A DNA stretch of 64,000 bases. Source: Bigelowiella natans CCMP2755 (lineage: Eukaryota; Protista; Cercozoa). The translations under genes and the position numbers were made by a program. Numbering within the stretch: position 1 is the first letter of the stretch; every line of letters begins with the position of its first letter. The DNA lies in the NCBI GenBank assembly GCA_000320545.1, contig ADNK01002641.1, positions 15,310 through 79,309 of the forward strand. The letters run 5' to 3'. The notes under the pieces were generated by a model. That model saw only the letters and a list, made by a program, of their open reading frames with translations. It ran no database searches and was not told where the DNA came from. Shown piece after piece: positions 14,692 through 26,300 of this stretch.

Positions 14692-15659
14692 TCAAATGTG
14701 AATGGGTTCATAATTCCAAGTGTCTGGAAAGGCATCGAAGACAAAATCTCCCGGCTTGTGCTGAATGAGAAATGCGAAATTCAATGATTGTTGCATGATA
14801 TGCAGGTTTTTATGTGCAATATAATCAATTATCAGACAATAAAACCACCATACTTTTGACATATATAGATCATTACTCAACGCAAAATGCAACTGAAGAA
14901 TTAGAGTAGATAACAAATGTAACAACAATCACATACCACCACCACTACCATCTCGGCCATCATGATCATCATCATCATCATCATCATCATTAACATCATC
15001 AGCACCAGCACTAGCAGAAGCAGCACATCACCTTTGGATCTAGTGTTAATTGTGTACAAACATCGAAGGCGTAGAAACCAAGTCTATAAACAACGTTATC
15101 AAATGATTTGTGAGACATGACAGACGACCGCAGCAGCAGCAGGGAGTTACTACTACGACAACTACTACTACTACTACTACTATTACTTTCCAAACCAGGA
15201 CGTTCTAGTCAAAAGAATAATAGAATAATTCAAACGTGGATACTCACTCACACTATCTTTTAAGTTTTGTAACATCAACACCAATTTATTATTAAAATTC
15301 TGCCACCTATCACGTACAACCAACATGGGAGAAAGTAAGTAAGTAAATAAGTAAGTAAGTAGTACCCAAATATGTATCTTATTGGATCTTCATAGCACCA
15401 GTAGCAACTTATGGAAGCTATGATCAGAAACGATCCACCAATTGCCATCTTGGAGTATTTATTGTTGTCGCATACAAACAAAAAATTGAGAAATTATATA
15501 GCACATTATTATCGTCGTCATCATCATCATTATCATCATCATATGCTTGTAGTACGTACTTCTTCTTCCTCTATTAAAACATACAGGTATTGCCAACAAC
15601 ATATTAAACTCATTTTTAAAAAATATGCTTTGCAAACACAACGTATTAGGATTACAACG

Positions 15660-15691
<32 letters not shown>

Positions 15692-16522
15692 CTGTATTAT
15701 TTCTAACAAATGAGCAGTTTGATCATGATCATCATCACCATTACTATCGTGCTGCTGCTGCTGCTGTGTCTTATGGATATTCATCATCATCATCATCCAT
15801 GAAGGGCAAAGAAAGGAACACTGTCGAAAGCTGCACGATACGCCAATGATTAACATCTGTATATTATCATTATAATGTTATAATTATTATGCCCAAAGAA
15901 GCTCTGGAATTGATGGTGGTGCTGGTGGTGGTCACTGTGATCGACGACGATGATGATGATGATAATTAATACGAATTTCAACCAAAAATGAAGGCGGTAA
16001 AACATGTAGACAGACGACAAGATCGCATTAAGATGACAACTGTGAACGATGATATTATGAGAAAATAGAACACTATGACCGGGATAGAAGCTATAATGCA
16101 GATGATGATGATCATTCCTACTGTAACTGTAGTAAGGATGTAAAGTTATTAATAGTTTGCAGTGCAAGACGACTTCGTTGTGTGAAAATAATACGATATT
16201 ACGATGATAAATGACAGCGATGATGGCAATAAATACGTTGTAGTTGTTGTTATTTGTGGTTGTATGTAGCAGGAGGCAAAGATGATGCCGACAAGACATG
16301 TTTAGTGAATGATCGCACAAATAATACCCCAAAAAAAAGGAGGTATCTTGAGATTTATTATTATGAAGGATAAGTGAGAATGAGTATGAAACAATGGCTG
16401 CTGTTGCTACTACTACTTCAATTATTACACTACTACTTACTTATTACCTGCACAACAATTTCTGCAGATGTACCTGGTTTTGCTTACAGTAGGAGGCTTC
16501 TGAACGATTTGTCGGATTAAAT

Positions 16523-16558
<36 letters not shown>

Positions 16559-17207
16559 CAACAACAAGACACAAGAGGCGATTCTGTTAGATTACTGAAT
16601 GAGGAAATAAATATGTAGGGGTGGTGGCAGCTGCTACGAAGATATTGTTAAAATTAGCATTCAGTAGAACCAGGACGAATGATTCTAACCATAATAGAAT
16701 TATTATTATTGCCATTACTACTACCACCACTACTATTACAACTACTAGTACAAACACTACAACATTAGCTACTGCTGGTGCTACCTACCGGGGTATGGTA
16801 ATAGTGCTTGGTCCCGTCCTCCTCCTCCTCCTCCTCCTCCTCCTCCTTCTCTTCCTTCTCTTGCTTCCGATAGTAGTTCTGCTGCTGATGATGATGATGA
16901 TGTCGCTGCTGCTTCTGCTGCGATGATGATAGTTGGATTGCATCCTCTAGCAGCGAAATTCGACGTCGCTAACATTATTATCATTATTATTATTATTATG
17001 ATTATTATGATTATTATCGAATTTCCTATCTGATATGCTACTGTTCTCCCTCCTCCTGCCCCTCCTCCTTCCACTGGACAATATCGATCACCATCATATA
17101 TATCCTGTCCCCCCTTCTTCCACTTGGACGATATCGATCACCATTATCTATCTTCTTTTTGTTTATCCTCGTACGCACCCACGCATTAGCTATTCTTTCT
17201 TGCACTA

Positions 17208-17255
<48 letters not shown>

Positions 17256-17752
17256 TTCTCAATTCTCTCTTCCCGTCCCGCCCTCCTTACCATCATGCCG
17301 TTTGCAGCTCTAAGTTCATTGAGGGATAATTGGACAGCGTGTATACTACTTTGAGCTGCTGAATGAACAAACACGATAATCAAAAGGAAAAGATAGTGTA
17401 GTATAAGCTACTACGCATGTTTTCATTAAATAAAACAGTTGAAGGAGTACTACTAGTAGTTGTTTGTAGCATACGTGCTCAATGAATCAGTCACTAATAT
17501 TTCTCACTCATAAACAAAAAAAGTCAGAAAGCTGGGTCAGCAGCATCAACCACCACCTCCACAAGCAGATGATGGAAATGCATGATACATGATTATATCA
17601 CAAGCCATAACCCAATTATTCAGCACTCTAATTGTGCTCTTCTATCGTTGATGTCGCACCATTATTTATTATCTAATTAATGCTGTTTTTGCTTCTATCT
17701 GAACCTTCTGTTCCTCCTCCTCCTCCTCCTCCTCCTCCTCCTCCTCCTAATT

Positions 17753-17788
<36 letters not shown>

Positions 17789-18800
17789 ATGCTTTCGAGG
17801 TCCTATGAACAAGAATAAAGATTACTTCGTAATATCATCGGTTTGTTTATAACATGTGCACTGTACTTTGCATCTGCTACTAAATGTAATGAAGCAGTAG
17901 CACAATGCTCTTTCAACATTATCTATCCTATCGCTGATTGATTGATTGATTGATTTCTTGTTGTTCGTTCACACTGGCAACATCGTAATTGGTGCTCCTT
18001 AGGTTGCAATGCTACAATTCATTGAAACATCATGCTTGAAATATTGTGGGTGTTGTTTCTTCCTAATGCTACAATTCATTGAAACATCATGCTTGAAATA
18101 TTGTGGGTGTTGTTTCTTCCTTCCTTTCCTGATGGCACTACTACTTACTGTAGGTACATGTATGAATCATCAAACCTTGATTTTCTCATATTTCTGTTAT
18201 TTGTGCGCAGCCCTTCATCATTAAGAGATTCTGCACTAGTAGTATTACTATTACTCCTTCTACTCGAGGGCCTCTTGTTTGTTTTCGTTTCTATAGAAAA
18301 TTGTCGTTGTAGTGATAGTAATCGGGCTTCTAACTTTGATAGCCTCCTTTTAAGGACAGTTTCGAAGGTCCCCTCGAGATTATTCTTAGAATGCCAATAA
18401 AAATTAAATATAGTTAAGGTCGCGTACACACGAATTACTGAATATTATTTTGTTCGTACCAAACGAGCCTCTGTCTGCATTTGCCACACACTCATGCTGA
18501 ACAAACTTTCGCTACCCAGAATTAAAGCAGTTATAAGATATGAACTACGTTGTGTGATATGGGCTTCAATGCACTTATTATAGTTGTAACCTACAGCATC
18601 ATTCAAAATACAATCACGAAGGCCGGAATTAATGAACGATACGACGGTGCAATTAATAGTTTTAAGAGAAAATATTTGTAGGGGAGATGAACGGGAAGCG
18701 GAGTGACAGACAGATGGCGAAGGGGGACGTTGATGCTGATAATGATGACGATAATGATAACTATAATGATGACCATGACTATAACAAAGATGAAATTTTA
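14692..18800 (-). CDS. Unidentified multi-exon gene (partial)
   Basis: Complex-sequence open segments on the minus strand (18145-18429 coiled-coil-like LKRRLSKLEARLLSLQRQ; 15030-15140; 14692-14790 ending EPIHI*); no family recognised. Confidence 0.35.
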
Positions 18801-19968
18801 TTATAAAAGCTTATGGTCAACATAATTCGTTATGGGTCAAAAGTAATGACGATGACAATTCGTACAGTAGATGTGTGTTCTCTTTTCTCTCGAAAGGTCA
18901 TCATGTTCGAGATTCAATTGAAAAATGATTTGAATGGTCAAATGTCGGAGGAAGGAAAAACAGCAAATGTTTTGCTCGACTATGTGCGAATAGGAGCCTT
19001 TACCAATCCCTTTATTTGGGACTCATTCGGATGACGATCCATCGTTCATCGTTCCAAAGGGAAGCTAGTCGGTACAATTAAAGATATACGGAGAACGACA
19101 TCATATATAAGTTGTCGTAATTTGAAAAGATCTTGAACATCAATACATTTCTTCAGAATAGGGTACCGGTATGGATTTTATCTGCTTTTTCAATCTAATT
19201 TACTGAAAAAAAACCAAATCGGCTTCAAAAGAATCTTCCGCTTTGTTACGAGCCAAAATAAGACTATCAACACCTATCTTTCGATCTATATTTTTTTTTA
19301 AATCTGTGTAGTCTTTTTAATCTTGACTATGAGATGTTGTCACACCTTAAGGATCCAAGGGTACAAAGAGAAAATACTGTCCAATAATATATTTTCAAAG
19401 TTTGAAAGCACAAAAAAAATACAGCAAAAGAGGAACAGAAGGCGAAAAAAATAGACATTAATGGTCTAATATTTTAAAATACGACATAAATCATAGCATG
19501 ACGCTGTGCATAAATAAGGCTTAATGAATCAACTATTGAATAGACCAAATTGGAGGCGTTTTTAAATGCGAATCCACAAGGAATAAACAAAATACACAAA
19601 AGGTATTAATATGTCTTAAATCATTATTAGGAAGATTTCTGTCAGAATTTAGTACAAGAAGCTTATAATTAAAGTTGTCGTCATATATTGTAAAAATCCT
19701 TTTTTAAGCAAATTACTCGAAGAATAACAAAATCATTAGTTAGGTCTAACATATGGTTCTCATAAAATTTCGTTAGTCATCCCCGTGGCTGCCACGAGAC
19801 AACACCCAATCCACTCGTTTGGTGAGTGAGGGTTGCCGTTCTCTTCTGTCTATACTTTTATTTGTAATTTTAGCGCTGGATTCAGCCAGATTTATATTTC
19901 TGCCAGTCGATTTTTTGCTAAGTTTGTCGAATTTAGATAGTTGCCTTCTATCAGGTTCCTCGAGCAAG

Positions 19969-20428
19969 ATGCAACAAAGCTCTCTTCTCCTTCTCAATGC
20001 CCTTCTTCTCTCTGCCGTCGTGATGATGATGATCCAAGTTCCTATTGGACAAAATTTGGGGTTATCATCTATGTCTCGTAGCACCCTATCCACCGTATCG
20101 ACGACAACGAGTGCACCCAGGGTGCCGTCGTCGGCTTGCTCATCACCATCAGCAGCTCTTTCCCGTGTTCGAGTTTTCGCGCAGGAGAAGCAGCAGCAGC
20201 TGTCACGTCGTGAAATGATGACATTTGGAGGTCTTACAGGCGCTGCAACTATTTCTTCAATCCCAAAGTCTGCGCAAGCAGGATTGTTTGGGCCAAGCCA
20301 AAGGGAGAAATATGAACAAGAGACCTCTGCCTTTCTTAAGTACTGTTGCTTGCCCACTACACGCAATTATATGAGAGAAATGGACAACAGACAATTTATA
20401 TTTATTTACACACAGACACGCACGCACA

Positions 20429-20480
<52 letters not shown>

Positions 20481-21460
20481 ATACCTAAAAGCATACATTA
20501 GATAGAGTTGGTCGAGAAAGGAAGACTGGACGAAGAAGGGGTTAGGGTTTGAAAGAAATTGTAGAGAAGAAGAATGAATGATGAGAAGAAAGGAAAACAG
20601 TGATAAGAAGAAGGAAGGGGTTTGAAAGGAATTAGAAAGGTGACAGAATGTAGTCGATGAAAATGCATCTCTATTATTGTAGTATATTCCATGGACGACG
20701 ATAACTCATATAATTTCAAAATGATACTACGTGCTTGTTCTTATGATTCTTCTTGTTGTGTAAAACCAACGACCTGCTACTACTAGACTGTTGCAGGATA
20801 CTCTCGCGATCCCATCCAGTGATGATGCGAAGAAAGAGGCGGTCTTAAATCTTAAGGCTGAAGGAAACCGATGGGTACGTAAACTTCACTTGGCTGTTTG
20901 CTCGAAAAAGATGACATGAAAACCTTAATTATTATGTCTATAGTGATGGGGGGCGGTTAATGATGCCGTGTTGAACAATTTATTCGCGCCTATGTTAACT
21001 CTCATATTCACACACCATTATTAATGCCAAGTCGATATGCTTGTACCCGTAACCATAAATGATTAGGTGGCTAAATGGCGTAACAGCAAGATGTCAAGTA
21101 GTCCCTCGTTTGGCAACCTTTACAGCGTAATCAATGCAGTCAACGGGCATTATAACACCTTTGGACCTCAAAGCAACTTGCCTAAAAAAAGGATGGCAAG
21201 GTAGTATATGATACTTTATTCGTTCCCTATTTAGTCATGCAAGATGGTTTTCCACAACACTTGGAAATGTTAGATTTAAAACTCACACCACCCAAAACAC
21301 TAGAGTCTATACGCACGCATACTCACACACACACACACACACACACGCATATGTATGTATATATGCTCATCATGTAAGTGGGTCGACCAGGCGATGATTC
21401 AAACAAAACAAAACACATATTTATAGAAGAAACCAGTGCAAGGGTTGAATAATTGCACAT

Positions 21461-21501
<41 letters not shown>

Positions 21502-21707
21502 TGTGTGTGTGTGTGTGTGTGCGTGTGTGTAAGATATTATATCAAGATACACCTGTAATGTGGTGCATGGGAGATAAAGGGAGGGGTGTATAAAGTAGTT
21601 CTTGTATTACATGCATCATTCACTTACGTATCATTGAATTACTTTCTCTGCTCAGAGTCGACAAGGAAATTGCAGATGCTACCAAGTATCTTGCAAAGGG
21701 GCGATAA
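19969..21707 (+). CDS. psb27: Photosystem II assembly factor Psb27, nucleus-encoded, complex-plastid targeted; 4 exons (19969-20339, 20787-20874, 21067-21200, 21656-21707)
   Basis: Spliced product ..AQA-GLFGPSQREKYEQETSAFLKLLQDTLAIPSSDDAKKEAVLNLKAEGNRWVAKWRNSKMSSSPSFGNLYSVINAVNGHYNTFGPQSNLPKKRMARVDKEIADATKYLAKGR* matches Psb27 motifs (W.A.YR, SF..Y.A.N..GHY..FGP..P.KR, terminal GR). GT-AG introns in phase. Confidence 0.93.
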
Positions 21708-21799
21708 TCCAAGGCATCATAACTATGCTGCGGGTAGCGCACACTGTTAACTATTCATGGCAAATCAAGAAATGAATCCCTTACGCCACGGTCGTGTCA

Positions 21800-22790
21800 A
21801 CAGCATGTGTGTGATATCTCAACACAACTTGGAACTCGCTGGTCGCAGCCAAACTTTATGTCATTTGTGATGTGAATGCATTTTTCAAACTATTGACAGC
21901 GTAGACCTTGGGGAAAAGAGTTTGCATGCAGCATGTGCAATCTTGCAATGCCCGTGCTTCAGGCAACATTGGATGTGTCTAGAGTGTCTCATTTCAACAG
22001 TCACAGCACATGCTAGCATGGGGGAAATTTGGAAATGTGCATGTACACTTCGCATTGCGCAATCACAATGATGGCAATGCTAAATGCAAAGGTCATACAG
22101 CAAACAAACGCATTGGCTTTCTGAACGCATGAGTTCATGCAGACACGACGATGTCATCTGATGAATGCTGGTTTGCAACTGTGCTTCTGTGTGATGAGAT
22201 CGCCCATGCTAGCATGACCTTCGATCAGTGAGGCCAGCTCTGGAGCTGCAAAAGCTGCTGCTTCAAATCCTGAAGTGAGAGTGTGCCCGCAATGAGAGAA
22301 TCCGTCCCATCAGCAGCGTTGCAGCTAGAGTTCGGTGGCTGCAGCAAGCAAACAAAGAATCAAGTGCTAGAGTTGTGGTCCATCTTCTAGCTCTGTCTGG
22401 AGCTTGCTTCAGTGCGTGACACCAACCAGCTCTGAAGCTGGTTTTCGTCGCAGCCACACAAAGTGGTGTTCACTGCGACACCAACTCATGGGCAAAATCA
22501 CTTTCGATTCAAGGTTCAAGGTTTGAGGTTCGTGTTCTTTCGATGTGGACACTTTGTTTGGGCACTTGCTAGCTTGTCGCACGGAAAAACACACACGAAA
22601 AGAGCAGTCAAAAGGCAGAACAATCTCACGACATGCGTGTGAAACCACACCACAAAGCAGGTGGTCAGCCACTGCAGTGCCTGGTGGACAGTGCTCATCG
22701 TCGATCAATTGGACTGCTCTTGCTAGCTCGAGCTTGTGCTGCACGTGACCAGGTGAGGCGACAATGTCCGTGGATGCTGTCTCGGTCGAT
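21800..22790. mobile_element. TpA-depleted repeat relic into which the LTR element inserted
   Basis: TA essentially limited to ctag; gctctggagctgc motif shared with ~30309 and ~50257. Confidence 0.55.
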
Positions 22791-22795
22791 CATGC

Positions 22796-23217
22796 TGCGA
22801 CAACTGAGAGCAACCTCCCAGTGTCGGCTTCTGTCTCTGCCAAACTAGCAAGCTCGTCGCCGCTCATTCAGCAAAAACAATCAAACTTTCCAATGAACAA
22901 TGAAACCCTGATGACATTGGTGACTTCAGAACACACGCATGTGCACGCTCAAACAAACACACTGACCGCTTTCAAACTTCTAGCGAACTGACTGCTGGAT
23001 GCGGGTTCGCTGCCATTGACCAATCGAGGCAGCCACGTGCACACAAACTTGGTTTTCCCAAACTGCTTGCTTCCCATTTGATGACTCAATTTGCTCATCA
23101 ACTGACAGCACCAACTGAACCCAAAACTGCCAAAACTGCAGGGCATTTCAACGGGATCAACTTGACTCAATTGACCACTTTCAACGGTCAAATTCCTTTG
23201 AACTTTCCGCCGTCACA
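22796..23217 (-). repeat. 3' LTR (422 bp)
   Basis: Direct repeat of 28870-29291, differing at 4 sites (5 nt). Confidence 0.97.
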
Positions 23218-23236
23218 TCATTCCCCCCTTTTTTGA
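23218..23236 (-). promoter_or_regulatory. Polypurine tract
   Basis: Minus strand AAAAAAGGGGGGAATGA directly before the 3' LTR. Confidence 0.85.
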
Positions 23237-23332
23237 ATTTGCGGACGTCGCAAAACTGACTTGATGCAACAATCCATGTGCTCTTGCACAAACTGAACGG
23301 AACACTTGGAAACTTGGACTTCCATTGCAAGT

Positions 23333-26300
23333 TCAATGTGACACGAAGGCTCCACGATCAGGTGCCTTGCGGGTGCGAGTGTGCATCTGAACGTTGCGTG
23401 CACTGATGTCAGCATCATCCTCTTCTTCCTCATCCCCCGATGAATCATCAAACAGATCTTGATCACTCTCCGACGAAGACGCTTCATCCTGTGGTGGCAC
23501 TGCAGCTTCCGGTGATGCTGTGAAGGTGCCAAAGGGAGACAAGTGCTTTGCATGAACCACGTTTCGATGACTTGTTTCCGGATCTTCCACTCTGCAAGCA
23601 TTGGAATCTCCAATGCTCGCTGTGATCAGGACGGGGCCTGTCTTTTTCAGCGCGAAATGCGGAGCAACACGATGCCCTTTGCGGTCCTCGTCACGGTGCA
23701 ACCACACTGGATCCCCCACTTTGTGTCGTTTCAGTTGCCCCATCTTGTCATCACGTTCAAAGTTTTTCAAGAATCTCCATTCAGATCCATCCGTCAGGAA
23801 CAACTGTCTCATCTTCTTCACAATTTGAGTCAATGTCGTCTCCGACTTTCTCCTCTCTCATGGGCATGCGTTTGCCGTTCAAGTCTCCTTCCAACTCAGG
23901 TTGAAACCCGAACAGGAGCTTGGCGTGCGAGTTTCCTCGAGCATCAGGTGACAAAGTGTCAGCTGAGAAGACAGCACGAGGCAATTCTTTGTGCCAATTG
24001 TGTCTCGATTCAGACTGTTGTGTGAGCTGTGCCAACATTCCGTCATCAAGCACTCTGTTCTTTCTTTCAATTGGTGAGTTGCCCGTTTTGGATTTGCTCG
24101 ATGTGGCAAGTTTTGCAAAACCGAATCTGTTCTTCAAGTGCAACATGACGCTGTTCACAAATTCAGGTCCCTGGTCAGTGAGGATCTTGCGCACCAAACA
24201 CGACAATGAAGTCGAACAGAAACTCTGCCATGACTTCAGCGTCAAGTTTCTTGTGGCATTTCGCGAAAATGCATCCTGTCGACAAGATGCACGCATTCAG
24301 TGTGCAGTGACACTTTCCTTCTGTGCGTCCAATGGCATCAACCGATGCGGCTTCCATTGCTCCTCTCATCTGCAGCTGCTTGCAAGGCAATTGCTTCATG
24401 CGAGATTTTGTTCTGATGCACACCTGACAGGTTGCAACGTGTTTTTTGCATGAATGCGTCAAGCCTTTCCAGCAACATGCTTGCAGGATTTTTGTTGCCA
24501 TGTCATTTGCATGTCTGTGATTTGCAAGATTCGTCGTGTGGTGGGCGTCCATGATTTTGGTCCGATGTTGATTGGGAACCACAATGAGCAAAGGGATGCT
24601 GTGGTCGTCGTTCTCACAGTCGCCGCACTTGCACAAGGTGTTGTCCACAATTTCACATTGTCCCGCAGCAAGAGCATGATTTGGATTGTCTTTGTTTTCT
24701 GGAGCTGCGAACATTTCAGTGAACTCTGCTCGTTGTTCCACAGGTAGGCGCTCAGATGACATGTCGCACTTGAGCTCCACCTCCACACTGTCCGACTGCA
24801 AAGGTGAGAACTCTGTTCCGCATTCCATTGTGTTGCAGTTCTCCACACATTCATCTGCTTCATGCGCCAACGCAGAGCACGGGTGCATCATTGAGTCCCC
24901 GTCGAAGCGCGCAGCATTGACTTCAGGAGCAAGCTTGCTCTGGTTTGATTTGTTTTTTGTGTTCATCCTTTTGGAAAGGATGCGAAACTTGGACTCGTCA
25001 AAGCCCACCTTCTTCGCCACATCACAACACAGTTGTGAGCAAGTGAGTTCAACCTCTGCATCTGTGGGATGGCATCCAACTGCCGGTTGGTTGCAGCTCA
25101 AGCAGGTGCTGTTTTTCAATTTGTCACCAAAGTGTTTGAGCATTGCCGAAGCATGGTGGAGAGGGAAGAGATTGACCAGTGTTTCTTTGTCCGCATCATC
25201 TTCAACACTGTGTCCAGGCCCACCAATGCAATCCGCATTTTTGTGGCTCGGGCCCTCTCTGTGTTCAACACCCACTGGCATGTGCGAGTCACAAGCTGCG
25301 GAGATTCTGGTGCAAGGTTCGCGCAATTGATCTTGTCCATGCACCACCATGTGCATGGCAACCTTTGCATCCATTCTCACACGCGTTGGAAATCCCTCAA
25401 TGAAGACACTGAAGTAGTCCAGACTCCTAGCACCGTTGTCAAATTCTTTTCTTGTTGCGTGCCATTTTGTCTGATGTTTCCGCCAGGTGAAGCTGAAGCA
25501 ACACGTGAGGCGCTCCACCCCATCAACCACTTGAGACAGAGTGGCTCCACCAGCACACTTGGACGCATCCACATCCACAAGGAATGGACTCTCACGGGCA
25601 ATGTGTTCGAACTTGGGTGTGCACAAAGACGAAGACTTCAGCACATCCCTCGCAGCATCTGAAGCCATCTGTTGTTCTTTTCCCCAGACTTGTGGAGCTG
25701 TTTTTGAATTCAGGATGCTGATGGGTCGAACAACATTCCAGAAGTCTTCAACGTGTCGCAGATGACAGATGAATGATCCCATGATGCGTTGCACCGATTT
25801 GAGGAATCGTGCTCCCTTTTCAGGTGGTTGGAGAGCACCCAGGGGACACATCCTCTTCGGGTCTGGGTGATGTTTGCCATTTTTCCTGACAACTCCTGCC
25901 ATGGATGACTCTTTTGGAAACGCTTGTGATTTTTTAGCAGATGGGTGCAAGTTCTTGGTCTCAGCCCTCTGCACAAATCTGGCAAACTCCAACAATGCTG
26001 CCATGAACGTGTCCCCCATGTTGCAGTGATCATCCACATGAACCACAGTGTCGTTGAGTCCTTTGACAATTTGGATCATCAACCACGCAAACATCTGAGG
26101 AGCACTTTTGCATCCAAATGGCAGGCCCAAACTTGATCTAGCACATTTCTGAGTTGCAAATGCGAAGGTCATTTGCGTTTTCTTTGTGCACCCTGTCTGT
26201 GGCCAGCCTGATTTGGCGTCGGTTCATGTCACCCAGTTTTTCGTCATCACTTTCCGCATGGTGTTTTCCGTTGTCGGCACAACGAAGTGCATCAATTCCA

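Noticed and set aside
19773-20366. 197-aa minus-strand ORF
   Set aside because: Antisense shadow of psb27 exon 1
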